The notes beneath the pieces are model-generated. The model saw only the letters and a program-made list of their open reading frames with translations, did not search any database and was not told the origin of the DNA. This document shows, piece after piece, positions 20,486-30,420 of a stretch of 64,000 bases of DNA. Source of the stretch: Gemmatimonadales bacterium (GTDB lineage Bacteria; Gemmatimonadota; Gemmatimonadetes; Gemmatimonadales; GWC2-71-9). The DNA lies in the NCBI GenBank assembly GCA_041615815.1, contig JBFJCP010000007.1:1-64000 (forward strand), given 5' to 3'. Every line of letters begins with the position of its first letter. Position 1 is the stretch's first letter. The position numbers were made by a program, and so were the translations under genes.

Positions 20486-22762
20486 GTGACGACACTCAGC
20501 GAGACCATCAAAGACGCCCTTGCCGACCGGTATACGATCGAGCGCCCGCTCGGTCGTGGTGGGATGGCGACCGTGTTTCTCGCCGAAGAACACCATCCGG
20601 TTCGGAAGGTCGCGGTGAAGGTCATGGATCCGGATCTTTCGGATCGGTTGGGTCGAGGGCGGTTCCTCCGTGAGGTGGAAATCGTCTCGAAGCTCACGCA
20701 TCCCCACATTGTCCCGGTGTTCTCCGCGGGCGAAGCCCAGGGGTTTCTCTACTACGTCATGCCGTACATCGAGGGCCGATCCCTCCGGCAACGGTTGCTC
20801 GAGGACGAGCGCCTGCCCGTCAGCGACGCCTTGCACATCGCTCATGATGTTGCGGATGCTCTCGAATACGCCCATGCGCGCGCAGTCGTGCACCGGGACA
20901 TCAAGCCGGAAAACATCCTCCTCTCGGGCGGACATGCGCTGGTGGCGGACTTTGGCATTGCGCGAGCTTTGAGCGAGGCGTCCGCGCAGCCAGCCGACAT
21001 GCAGCTCACCGTTGCGGGGTTCCCCATCGGAACGCCGGGATATATGAGCCCCGAGCAGGCTACTGGCAGCGCGGAGATCGATGCCCGCACGGACATTTAC
21101 AGCTTGGCGTGCGTGTTGTACGAGATGCTCTACGGCGAGCCGCCGGCGTCCGGGCCCACGAGAGATGCGGCCGCGGCGATGCGCCGGCACGCAGCGACCG
21201 CGGCGCCCGGTGCGGACACGGTTCCTCAGAGCGTCGAAGCGGCGTTGGTCAGAGCACTCTCGTGGGACCCGCAACAGCGGTTCGAAACCACCGAGGAGTT
21301 CAGCCAGGCGCTCTCCGGAGGCGTGGTGACGCCCCCGCACACAGCACGCCGGCATACACCCACGCCACCCCGCCAGGTGCCGCCCAAATCCATTGCCGTA
21401 CTTCCGTTTGCGAGTCTGAGCCCGGATCCGGACAATGAGTATTTCAGCGACGGCATCACGGACGAGATCATAACCCATCTCTCCAAGATCAGCGATCTCA
21501 AGGTCACGTCGCGCACGTCGGTGATGCGTTACAAGAAGACCGACCGCACCTTGCGCGAGATTGGCGCGGACTTGGGCGTCGCGTCGGTACTCGAGGGAAG
21601 TGTGCGCCGCGCGGCCAATCGTGTGCGGATCACCGCGCAGTTAGTCGACGTGAATTCCGACAACCACCTTTGGGCCGAGACGTACGATCGGGATTTGACC
21701 GACATCTTCGACATTCAGAGCAACGTCGCCGAGAAGATTGCGGTTGCGCTCCGCGCCCGGCTTCAGCCCACCGAGCAGGCTCGGATCGGCAAACGGCCCA
21801 CCGATGACCTCGAGGCCTACAGCTTGTTCCTGCGCGGCATCTACCATTTCAATCGCTTCACCGTCGATGCAGCACTGCGAGCCGTGCAGAACTTCGAGGC
21901 GGCGCTCGAGCGAGACCCCGGTTTCGCGTTGGCCTACGTGGGGCTCGCGCGCGTGTATCTCATGCTGGGTATCGGATCCGGACCCGTGCCCCCCAGCGAG
22001 GCGTTTCAGAGTGCCATGGACGCGGCCAGTCAGGCGCTGCAGCTCGACGATTCCCTGCTCGATGCGCACGGTATCATTGGCGCTGTCCACACGTGGTGGT
22101 CCTGGGACTGGAAGGCGGCGGCCGAGGCGTTCGAGCGCGCCAACGGCGGATGCGCGGAGTGCGAAAAGCCCCACGTGGAGTTTGGCTTCTATCTCGCGGC
22201 GCAGAAACGTCACGAGGAGGCCATTCGCAATGCGCGAACCGCTCTGGATCTGGATCCCGTTTCTCTCATCGTCAACACGCACGTCGCCCTGCAATACTAC
22301 TGGGCCCGGGATTTCGAGCGCGCCACCGAGCAGCTTCACAAGACGCTCGAGTTGGACCCGATGTTTCCACCCGCGGTGAGCTTGCTCGGCTGGATTCGTC
22401 TCTTGGCGGGTGAGCCGGAGGCCGCCGTCGGGGCCTTCGAGCGCGCGCTTCGGATCGGGGGTCAGATGTCCCCGTTGCTCGCGGCGCTCGGGTGTGGTCA
22501 GGCGGCGGTGGGGCGCACCGATGATGCCCGCGCGATGTTACGCGCCCTGCAAGAAGGCCCGAGTGACCACTACTCGTCCCCGAGAGACCGAGCGCTGGTG
22601 TACACATGGCTCGAAGACACGGAGCAGGCCCTCGCCGGTCTCGAGCGAGGCGTCCAAGAGCACGCTCCGTGGATGACCTTCTTGAATGTGGACCCGGTGT
22701 GGGACCGCCTCCGGGACGAGCCGCGCTTCAAGGCGATCGTGCAGCAGCTCCAGCTTCCCTGA
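20486..22762 (+). CDS. Ser/Thr protein kinase with TolB-like and TPR domains
   Basis: GRGGMATV, VAVK, HRDIKPEN, DFG, YMSPEQ; SIAVLPF...YFSDGITDEII; TPRs. Confidence 0.92.
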   Translation: MTTLSETIKDALADRYTIERPLGRGGMATVFLAEEHHPVRKVAVKVMDPDLSDRLGRGRFLREVEIVSKLTHPHIVPVFSAGEAQGFLYYVMPYIEGRSLRQRLLEDERLPVSDALHIAHDVADALEYAHARAVVHRDIKPENILLSGGHALVADFGIARALSEASAQPADMQLTVAGFPIGTPGYMSPEQATGSAEIDARTDIYSLACVLYEMLYGEPPASGPTRDAAAAMRRHAATAAPGADTVPQSVEAALVRALSWDPQQRFETTEEFSQALSGGVVTPPHTARRHTPTPPRQVPPKSIAVLPFASLSPDPDNEYFSDGITDEIITHLSKISDLKVTSRTSVMRYKKTDRTLREIGADLGVASVLEGSVRRAANRVRITAQLVDVNSDNHLWAETYDRDLTDIFDIQSNVAEKIAVALRARLQPTEQARIGKRPTDDLEAYSLFLRGIYHFNRFTVDAALRAVQNFEAALERDPGFALAYVGLARVYLMLGIGSGPVPPSEAFQSAMDAASQALQLDDSLLDAHGIIGAVHTWWSWDWKAAAEAFERANGGCAECEKPHVEFGFYLAAQKRHEEAIRNARTALDLDPVSLIVNTHVALQYYWARDFERATEQLHKTLELDPMFPPAVSLLGWIRLLAGEPEAAVGAFERALRIGGQMSPLLAALGCGQAAVGRTDDARAMLRALQEGPSDHYSSPRDRALVYTWLEDTEQALAGLERGVQEHAPWMTFLNVDPVWDRLRDEPRFKAIVQQLQLP

Positions 22763-23423
22763 CCCCTTCAAGTATCGGTCCTAGCGCGTCCCAGACGGTT
22801 TCGGCGATGATCCCATGTCCTTCTCCCGTGGGGTGGATCCCGTCGGGGAGGTTGCGTTCGGGCACGCCTGCGATTCCCTCTAAGAGGAACGGGATGAGTG
22901 TGGCATCGTTGGCTCGGGCAACGCGCGGAAACACCTCCCGAAATGCCTCGGTGTAGCGGCGTCCCAAGTTCGGTGGCGCTTCCATGCCGGCAATCACCAC
23001 GCGAGCTTCTGGACGCAGCTCGCGCGTTCGATCGATGATCGCTTGGAGATTTTGTTCCAGCGCTTCCGGAGATTGTCCGCGTAAGCCATCGTTGGCACCA
23101 AGCTCCAACACCAGCACGGCCACGGGCTGCCCCAACAGCCATTCGATGCGTCGGAGCCCACCTGCGGAGGTCTCACCGCTCACACCAGCGTTGACCACCT
23201 GCAACCCGAGCCCGAGCGAATCGATGCGCCGGCCGATTCGGGCAGGGTAGGCCAGCTCTGGATCGACACCGTAGCCGGCCGTGAGGCTCGTACCGAGAAA
23301 GAGGATCACCGGACGGGCATCGGCCGAAACCTCCGACCCCGATGCGGGTAGGTCGTCCCGTTCCGGTTCAGCGCCACACGCCGAGAGCGCGAGCACCAAG
23401 GTTCCGAGTATCTTGCGACACAT
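22728..23423 (-). CDS. Arylesterase / SGNH (GDSL) hydrolase lipoprotein, TesA-like
   Basis: GTSLTAG, NAGVSG, GAND, DGIHP; lipobox LSAC. Confidence 0.88.
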   Translation of the reverse strand: MCRKILGTLVLALSACGAEPERDDLPASGSEVSADARPVILFLGTSLTAGYGVDPELAYPARIGRRIDSLGLGLQVVNAGVSGETSAGGLRRIEWLLGQPVAVLVLELGANDGLRGQSPEALEQNLQAIIDRTRELRPEARVVIAGMEAPPNLGRRYTEAFREVFPRVARANDATLIPFLLEGIAGVPERNLPDGIHPTGEGHGIIAETVWDALGPILEGVREAGAAARSP

Positions 23424-24126
23424 GATGGTCATCGCCGAACGCATCGAACAAACATATATGAGTGGCGGGAAACCGCTCACCGTGTTGCGAGACGTCTCGC
23501 TGGCCGTGGAGCCCGAGGGCTTCGTCGCTATCGTGGGACCGTCGGGAAGCGGCAAGACGACCCTGCTGGGCCTCCTCGCGGGTCTGGAGCCTCCCTCGGC
23601 GGGTACTGTACGATTGAACGGCCAGGACCTGAGCCTCCTCACCGAGGATCAACGAGCTCAATTCCGTGCCGAACACGTCGGCTTCGTCTTTCAGACGTTC
23701 CAGCTCATCCCGACGCTGACCGCCATGGAGAACGTCCTCGTCCCCATCGAGCTGCGAGCGATGCACGGTGGGCAACGGAATGGTGCGGCGGCCGAGGACC
23801 GTGCGCTCGAGCTCCTGGGTCGGGTGGGCCTTCGGGACCGTTCCCATCACTATCCGGCGCAGCTGTCTGGCGGCGAGCAGCAGCGAGTGGCCATTGCTCG
23901 GGCATTCGCCAACAAACCGCGGATTCTCTTCGCCGATGAACCCACCGGAAACTTGGATTCAGCGACTGGCAGGAAAGTGATCGATCTCCTCGAGCAGTTG
24001 AACGCCGAGGCACGCACGACACTCGTCCTGGTGACCCACGACCCCGAGCTCGCGGCCAGAGCGCACCGCGTCATTCGCTTGGCCGACGGGCGCTTGATCC
24101 CGGACCGCACACCGCTAGCGCGATGA
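23422..24126 (+). CDS. ABC transporter ATP-binding protein (YbbA-like)
   Basis: GPSGSGKTT, LSGGEQQRVA, FADEPTGNLD. Confidence 0.9.
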   Translation: MMVIAERIEQTYMSGGKPLTVLRDVSLAVEPEGFVAIVGPSGSGKTTLLGLLAGLEPPSAGTVRLNGQDLSLLTEDQRAQFRAEHVGFVFQTFQLIPTLTAMENVLVPIELRAMHGGQRNGAAAEDRALELLGRVGLRDRSHHYPAQLSGGEQQRVAIARAFANKPRILFADEPTGNLDSATGRKVIDLLEQLNAEARTTLVLVTHDPELAARAHRVIRLADGRLIPDRTPLAR

Positions 24127-26666
24127 CGCAGCGATTCCCCGTCGCCATGCTGTTTCGGGAGTTACGGGCCAGTCGGCGTCGGCTCGCCATCTATGTCGGG
24201 TCCATCGCGCTCGGCGTCGCCGCGCTGGTCTCCATCAACTCGTTCAGGGAAAACGTCGAGACATCCATTCGGGGACAGGCGCGGGTGCTGTTGGGCGCGG
24301 ACCTCGAGCTCCGGAGCCGGCAGCCGTTCACGGATTCCGTGCAAGCACTGCTGGACTCGGTGGCCGCCGCCGAAAGTCCCGTGGCGTCGATGACCAGTTT
24401 TGCCTCGATGGCGCTCGCGCCCCGAACGGGACGCACTCGGCTCGTGGACGTTCGCGCCACGAGTGGCGGATTCCCGTTCTACGGAACCATCGAGACAGCA
24501 CCCCAAGGTCGGTGGGCGCTGCTTCAGGAAGGACGCACCGCGATCGTGGATTCCACCGTGCTCGTGCAGCTCGCCGTCGATGTGGGGGACACCTTGGCGA
24601 TCGGCGAGTCACGGTTCGTGATCCTGGCGGCCCTCACGCGAGTGCCGGGTGAGATCGGGCTTCGGGCCGCCATCGGGCCCAGGGTCTATATCCCCGGTCG
24701 TTACGTGGAAGAAACCGGACTCCTCCGATTCGGCAGTCGCGCGCGCTTCGCCGCTCTGCTCAAGCTCGACGAGACGGCCCTCCGCGAGTTCCTGGACCAA
24801 CATCGTGAATCCCTCCGTGCCGCCGACGTACGGATCGACACTGCCAGCGAACGGGAGCAGGATCTGACACAATCCTTGGCGTTGTTGGCGCGGTATCTGG
24901 GACTCGTGGGTCTGATCGCGCTTCTACTCGGAGGGATCGGTGTGGCGAGCGCAGTCCACATCTACGTCAAGGGCAAACTCGAAACGGTCGCGGTCCTCCG
25001 GTGTCTGGGAGCCACCCAGCGGACCACATTCACCGTCTACCTCCTCCACGCTGCCCTCCTGGGTGCAACGGGTGCCGTCCTCGGGGTACTCATCGGTCTT
25101 TTCGTCCAGTCCCTCTTGCCGCGACTCTTCGCCGAGTTTCTCCCGTTGGATGTCCAACCGGCATTCGCCTGGAAACCCGTCGCGGCGGGCATCGGCATCG
25201 GCGTGTGGGTGGCGCTCGTGTTCGCCCTCCACCCGCTGCTCACCGTCCGAAACGTGGCCCCGCTCAAGGCCCTCCGCACTGCCTATGAGCGGAAACCCCG
25301 GAGGGCGAGCCTGGCTGGCCTGCTCACGCTTGGAGCGGTGCTCGGCAGCGTTGTCCTGCTCAGTATGTGGCAGGCACCTCGGTGGCCGGTGGGGCTCGGG
25401 TTTGCGATCGGGATCGTGCTGACGACCGCGATCCTGTGGCTTCTCGCGCTCTTCATCATGCGGGCCACTCGGATGCTGCTCCCCCGGCGCGCGCCGTTTG
25501 CGCTGCGGCAAGGCGTGAGTAATCTCTTTCGACCCCAGAATCAAACCATCGCCGTGACGTTGGCAGTGGGATTTGGGGTGTTCCTCCTGGCCACGATGTA
25601 CGTGGTGCAACACAATCTCATCGACCGCCTGCAGGTATCGTCGTATCCCCAACGGCCCAACCTCTTCTTATTCGATATTCAGCGGGACCAGCGCCCCGAT
25701 GTTGTCGGGATTCTCCAGAAACACCGCGTGCGGCCGCTGGACATCACCCCGATCGTGACGGCTCGCGTGGCCAGTGTGAATGGCCAGAGGGTCGACGCTT
25801 TGCTTCAGGATAGTTCGCGCAGCCGCTGGCCCTATACCCGTGAGTACCGCCATACGTACCGCGACACGACGGTGGCGTCGGAGGTGGTCGTCGCGGGATC
25901 GTGGTGGAACGGCCGGCCGGCCGGGCCGACGGACGACCCGTCCGAATCACGCATATCCGTCGAAGAGGATATCGCCCGCGAACTCGACGTGGGAGTGGGC
26001 GACGGGATCACCTGGAACGTGCAGGGTCGGCTCATCGAGACGGTGGTGGCCAACATTCGCCGAGTGGATTGGGCTCGCTTCGAGACCAACTTCTTCGTCG
26101 TATTCGAGTCCGGTGTGCTGGAGGACGCGCCGCAGAGTTTTGTGGTCCTCACCCGCGCTCCAGACGCCCGCATCCGCGCCGAGATTCAGCGCGATCTCGT
26201 GGTCGCCCATCCCAATATCTCCGCCTTCGACCTCACCTTGGTGCAGCAGACCCTGGATACGGTCTTGGGCAGCGTCGTGTTGGCCATCCGGTTCATGGCC
26301 CTGTTCAGCATTGGCTGTGGCGCGGTCGTCCTCATCGGCGCGGTCGCGACCTCGCGATTTCAACGGATGCGCGAAAGCGTGCTGCTCAAGACGCTGGGAG
26401 CCCGGGCGCGGGTCATCCGACAGATCTTGATGACGGAATACATTGCCCTCGGCACCCTGGCTGCCCTGACCGGCGTGGCGTTGGCCGGCGTCGCCGGCTG
26501 GGCCCTGACCACCATCTTCTTCGAGTTGAGCTTTCGCCTTCCCGTCCTGCCTCTCATCGGGGCCTGGTTGATCGCCGTGCTCGTCACGACCACGGTTGGA
26601 TTATTAGGGAGTTGGGGGGTGTTGCGGAGGCCGCCGCTGGTGGTCATGCGGGAAATGGCGGACTGA
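24123..26666 (+). CDS. ABC transporter permease (YbbP-like, double FtsX)
   Basis: LLGADL, AVLRCLGA, PNLFLFDIQ, RRVDW, LLKTLGA. Confidence 0.88.
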   Translation: MTQRFPVAMLFRELRASRRRLAIYVGSIALGVAALVSINSFRENVETSIRGQARVLLGADLELRSRQPFTDSVQALLDSVAAAESPVASMTSFASMALAPRTGRTRLVDVRATSGGFPFYGTIETAPQGRWALLQEGRTAIVDSTVLVQLAVDVGDTLAIGESRFVILAALTRVPGEIGLRAAIGPRVYIPGRYVEETGLLRFGSRARFAALLKLDETALREFLDQHRESLRAADVRIDTASEREQDLTQSLALLARYLGLVGLIALLLGGIGVASAVHIYVKGKLETVAVLRCLGATQRTTFTVYLLHAALLGATGAVLGVLIGLFVQSLLPRLFAEFLPLDVQPAFAWKPVAAGIGIGVWVALVFALHPLLTVRNVAPLKALRTAYERKPRRASLAGLLTLGAVLGSVVLLSMWQAPRWPVGLGFAIGIVLTTAILWLLALFIMRATRMLLPRRAPFALRQGVSNLFRPQNQTIAVTLAVGFGVFLLATMYVVQHNLIDRLQVSSYPQRPNLFLFDIQRDQRPDVVGILQKHRVRPLDITPIVTARVASVNGQRVDALLQDSSRSRWPYTREYRHTYRDTTVASEVVVAGSWWNGRPAGPTDDPSESRISVEEDIARELDVGVGDGITWNVQGRLIETVVANIRRVDWARFETNFFVVFESGVLEDAPQSFVVLTRAPDARIRAEIQRDLVVAHPNISAFDLTLVQQTLDTVLGSVVLAIRFMALFSIGCGAVVLIGAVATSRFQRMRESVLLKTLGARARVIRQILMTEYIALGTLAALTGVALAGVAGWALTTIFFELSFRLPVLPLIGAWLIAVLVTTTVGLLGSWGVLRRPPLVVMREMAD

Positions 26667-27020
26667 TTAGCGCCAGGCGTCGTCGCCATCTCCCCATTGG
26701 GTATCGTCATCCCATCGGGTTCTCCACCGACTGTCGCCAGTGACCTCGCCAACATCCGAACGTTCCGGTAACGACCGCTTGGGACGCGGCGACGTTCGCA
26801 CCCGCTTGGAGATGCCGGACCAGCCGCACGCCATGCACCAGCGCCGTTCTAACCGCAAGATCCCGAGGACTCGGTTGCCTACAAGCGGGATCGCCTCATC
26901 GTTGCAGTGGGGGCATCGGGCGCGGCGAGGCACCAAGAGCCACACCACCGAGCAGACGAGTGCCACCCGAAGAGCGACGGTGGCGAGAAGGACGGGGACG
27001 ACGACCACGGACAGATCCAT
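26667..27020 (-). CDS. Small membrane protein with CxxC...CxxC zinc-ribbon-like motif
   Basis: N-terminal hydrophobic helix; CPHC and CMAC; fills the gap exactly up to the ybbP stop. Confidence 0.55.
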   Translation of the reverse strand: MDLSVVVVPVLLATVALRVALVCSVVWLLVPRRARCPHCNDEAIPLVGNRVLGILRLERRWCMACGWSGISKRVRTSPRPKRSLPERSDVGEVTGDSRWRTRWDDDTQWGDGDDAWR

Positions 27021-27155
27021 GTGTTTGCTATAGATGCCGACGGCCCATGGGAGCGTCAAGCCGGATGCCCTGGCCCCCCTGCCCCTCTGCGTTCTTCTGG
27101 GCTACACAGGTAAACGACCTGGCGCGCACGACGGTTTCCTCGTTTGATTAGTTGT

Positions 27156-27536
27156 ATGACGGACAACCCCAAGAAGCTCGTCGTCGTGGGAGACCGGGTG
27201 CTGATCACCCCCGAGGAGGGTGAGGAGCGGACCAACGTCGGATTGTATTTGCCCCCCACCGCGATCGATCGTCAGGCCGTCCAGAGTGGGCGGATCGTCG
27301 CCACGGGCCCCGGGACGGCCGTTTCCGCTCCCACCGAACTCGATGACGAACCGTGGAAGGTCCCATCCGGCGAGGCCCGCTACGTTCCCATGCAGGCACG
27401 AATCGGCGACTTCGCGCTGTTCTTCCGAAAGGCCGCGGTGGAGATCACGTTCGAATCCAAGCGGTACCTGGTGGTGCCACAAGCCGCAATTCTCGTGCTC
27501 GTCCGGTCCGCGACGCCTCCGTTGGAAGACCTCTGA
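27156..27536 (+). CDS. GroES-family co-chaperone (divergent, orphan)
   Basis: VGDRVLI, GLYLP, GRIVATGPG, IGDFALF, AILV. Confidence 0.8.
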   Translation: MTDNPKKLVVVGDRVLITPEEGEERTNVGLYLPPTAIDRQAVQSGRIVATGPGTAVSAPTELDDEPWKVPSGEARYVPMQARIGDFALFFRKAAVEITFESKRYLVVPQAAILVLVRSATPPLEDL

Positions 27537-27609
27537 CCGTGCGTATCCTCCGTCGAACCCCTCGATGCAGCCTCGAGCCCGCGGCGGTGACATCCGCAGG
27601 GACCTAGTC

Positions 27610-27837
27610 ATGTCCTGGCCATTGATCGCGCTCCTCGCGGTACTCCTGGCCGCGCTCGCCTGGTTCTTTCGGCGGCCCGATGGACCTGACCTCGACCCGC
27701 CGACGGACGCCCAGGGGGTCGACTACGAGGTGCTCGACGAGGCGGAGGCCGAGGTGCAAGACGTGGACGCGTTCACATCCCCGGACGAGGCTGAAGAGGA
27801 GCTCCCGGACTGGGGACCGGGAGCACCCAAGTCATAG
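27610..27837 (+). CDS. Small single-TM protein with acidic tail
   Basis: MSWPLIALLAVLLAALAWFFRR followed by a D/E-rich tail ending DWGPGAP. Confidence 0.6.
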   Translation: MSWPLIALLAVLLAALAWFFRRPDGPDLDPPTDAQGVDYEVLDEAEAEVQDVDAFTSPDEAEEELPDWGPGAPKS

Positions 27838-27844
27838 ACGGGGG

Positions 27845-29176
27845 TCACGCAATCAGCTCCACCCCCCCACGAGTGATGCGGTGGGAGACGAGGGGGAGCG
27901 GCGGCGGCGGCTTTGCTTCGACAATCGTGATGGCCTCCCGAAGCGCCCGTGCTCCCAGCGCGAGCGACGCCTCGTCACGGCCGAATATCGTGGCCAGGGG
28001 TTGGCCTCGCTCAACCGGATCTCCCGGTTTGGCCGACACCACAAACCCCACCCGGTGATCGATCTCGTCCTCCATCGTGCGGCGCCCACCACCCATCTCC
28101 ACAATCGCCTTACCGATCCGACGTGGTTCGACGCGAGCCACGTGCCCTGCACCCTGCGCTGCATACACCGATTCGACTGGCGCCTGAGGCAACACGGCGG
28201 GATCGTCCAAGACGGCGGGGTTTCCACCCTGCGCCGTCACGACCTCGCGGAACTTGTCCGCTGCCTCACCGGATGCGATGGCGCGTTCGAGCCGCTCTCT
28301 GGCGGCGCCACGATTCTGCTCGACACGGGCCAGGAGGAGCATCTCCACGCTGAGCGCGTAGGTGACCTCGAGCAGGTCCGCCGGCCCCTCTCCGCGCAGC
28401 GCCGCCAGCGCCTCCTCGGTCTCCAGGGCGTTGCCGCAGGCTCGGCCCAACGGGCGATCCATCGCCGTGAGCAGCGCCACGGTGGGGCAACCCCGGTCTT
28501 CTCCCAGTCCGATCATGGTTTGCGCGAGCTCGAGCCCGCGGTCCAGATCGGGCAGAAACGCGCCACTGCCGCGTTTGACATCCAGCACCAGCCCCGTGAG
28601 CCCCTCCGCGAGTTTTTTCGACATGATACTGGCGGCGATGAGGGGAATGGCCTCTACGGTGGCGGTGGCATCGCGCAGCGCGTAGAGCTTCCGATCGGCG
28701 GGCGCAATCTCGGGCGTCTGCCCCAGCATCGCGCAGCCAACGGTGTCGACCAGCTGTCGCGCTTCGGTCAAGGACAGGTTGGTGCGGAACCCGGGGATCG
28801 CTTCCAGCTTGTCGAGGGTACCCCCTGTATGCCCGAGGCCGCGTCCCGACATCATGGGGACCCGCACACCGCACGCCGCCACCAGCGGCGCCAGGACGAG
28901 CGACACTTTGTCGCCAACCCCACCCGTCGAGTGCTTGTCTATTCGTGGGCCGGCCGGCTCGTCGAAGCTGAGGCGCGCCCCCGAGTGAAGCATAGCATCC
29001 GTAAACGCAGCGAGCTCGACACCCGTCATGCCGCGCAGGAACACCGCCATCAGGAGTGCCGCCATCTGGTAGTCCGGCACCTCGCCCGCCGTGTACAGCG
29101 CAACGAGGTGCGCCCACTCCTCCGGCGTGAGGTGCCCCCCGTCACGCTTGCGTTCGATCAACGTGGTCACCAACAT
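27845..29176 (-). CDS. pdp: Thymidine / pyrimidine-nucleoside phosphorylase
   Basis: DKHSTGGVGDK, SGRGLGHTGGTLDKLE, SIMSKK. Confidence 0.93.
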   Translation of the reverse strand: MLVTTLIERKRDGGHLTPEEWAHLVALYTAGEVPDYQMAALLMAVFLRGMTGVELAAFTDAMLHSGARLSFDEPAGPRIDKHSTGGVGDKVSLVLAPLVAACGVRVPMMSGRGLGHTGGTLDKLEAIPGFRTNLSLTEARQLVDTVGCAMLGQTPEIAPADRKLYALRDATATVEAIPLIAASIMSKKLAEGLTGLVLDVKRGSGAFLPDLDRGLELAQTMIGLGEDRGCPTVALLTAMDRPLGRACGNALETEEALAALRGEGPADLLEVTYALSVEMLLLARVEQNRGAARERLERAIASGEAADKFREVVTAQGGNPAVLDDPAVLPQAPVESVYAAQGAGHVARVEPRRIGKAIVEMGGGRRTMEDEIDHRVGFVVSAKPGDPVERGQPLATIFGRDEASLALGARALREAITIVEAKPPPPLPLVSHRITRGGVELIA

Positions 29177-29215
29177 TAGCGCGCTTTCCTCGCGTCACTG
29201 CGCCCGGTTCGGAGT

Positions 29216-30004
29216 ATGCTCATGCGTCTGCCCGTAGCCTTGTTGGCCTGTAGTCTCCCTGTCTCCGTGCTGACAGCCCAAACCGTCCAGGACGAACTCG
29301 CGAGCGGTGACCGCTTGAGCGACGCGCTCCGCCCCGAGGCGGCGCTCGAACACTACCGCCGCGCCTTCCAGATGGACCAGTCAAATTACGAAGTGCTGTG
29401 GAAATTCGCCCGGGCGCAGATCGACGTGGCCAAGCAGCTCGAGGGAAAAGACAGCAAGGCGAAGCGGGACAGTCTCTTCTGGGTCGCCAGTCTCTACGCC
29501 GATTCCGCCAGCAAGACGAACCCCAACGATCCCGAGGGGTTCTTCATGGTTGCTCAGGCGCTCGGTCGCTTGTCTCGGGAGCGGGGTGGCCAGGAACGCG
29601 TCCGTTACGGTAAGCAGATCTACGATGCCGCGTCAAAGGCCCTGGCCCTGGATCCGACGCACGACGGCGCCCACCATGTTCTCGGTGCTTGGCACGCCGA
29701 GGTGTTGCGTCTCTCGGGCGTGGCCCGGTTCTTTGCGAAGACGTTCCTCGGGGGTGGATACCTGGACAGGGCCAACTGGGATTCAGCCGTGGTGCATCTT
29801 CAGCAGGCGGTGGAGTCTCGCCCCGAGTACATCTACCATCGTCTCGAGCTTGCCGAAGTGTACCTGGACCGGAAACGCTACGATGACGCACGGGAGCAAC
29901 TCGAGCAGATTGCGCTGCTCGCGCCCACGAGTGACGTGCACGATCCCTATTACAAAGAGGAAGCTATCAGGCTGCTGAAGGACATCTCCGAGCGCGCGCG
30001 GTGA
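29216..30004 (+). CDS. Secreted TPR protein
   Basis: Signal peptide; helical TPR-like repeats (ALALDPTHDGAHHVLG). Confidence 0.7.
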   Translation: MLMRLPVALLACSLPVSVLTAQTVQDELASGDRLSDALRPEAALEHYRRAFQMDQSNYEVLWKFARAQIDVAKQLEGKDSKAKRDSLFWVASLYADSASKTNPNDPEGFFMVAQALGRLSRERGGQERVRYGKQIYDAASKALALDPTHDGAHHVLGAWHAEVLRLSGVARFFAKTFLGGGYLDRANWDSAVVHLQQAVESRPEYIYHRLELAEVYLDRKRYDDAREQLEQIALLAPTSDVHDPYYKEEAIRLLKDISERAR

Positions 30005-30325
30005 TCAGCGGCGCTGCTTGAGCCGCCGCCGCAACCGCCGGCGCTGCACACGGAGCTCTCGGCCGGCTTCGTCCCGCAGATCGTCGAATCGTTCCCTCGC
30101 CTCCTCCCCAAAGTCGGACAGCCGTGCGCGGATTCGCTTGCGCGTGACCTCGCCCCGCTCGGGTGCGAGTGCAAGCGCGATTCCCGCACCCAAGAAGGCT
30201 CCAATCAGTAGACCCGTGAAGAATCCGGCGAAACCGCCAAACGAATCCTCCTCAACGAGCTCGGCGAGTTCGTCATCATCGTCCTGCTCATCGTCCATGA
30301 GCTCGATGTCCCGATCCTTTGCCAT
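30005..30325 (-). CDS. YtxH-domain protein
   Basis: FFTGLLIGAFLGAGIALALAPERGEVTRKRI. Confidence 0.8.
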   Translation of the reverse strand: MAKDRDIELMDDEQDDDDELAELVEEDSFGGFAGFFTGLLIGAFLGAGIALALAPERGEVTRKRIRARLSDFGEEARERFDDLRDEAGRELRVQRRRLRRRLKQRR

Positions 30326-30420
30326 GCGTCACACTCCTAGCGTTGTCGGTTGATGATAGCCTCTTGACGCTTGTCCGTCGAGGCCGCCAACTTGACACCC
30401 CACCGACGAGGATCGTGAGG

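Noticed and set aside
20486..22762. Eukaryote-like kinase-TPR protein as a novelty
   Set aside because: This is a common architecture in Gemmatimonadota, Acidobacteriota and similar groups.
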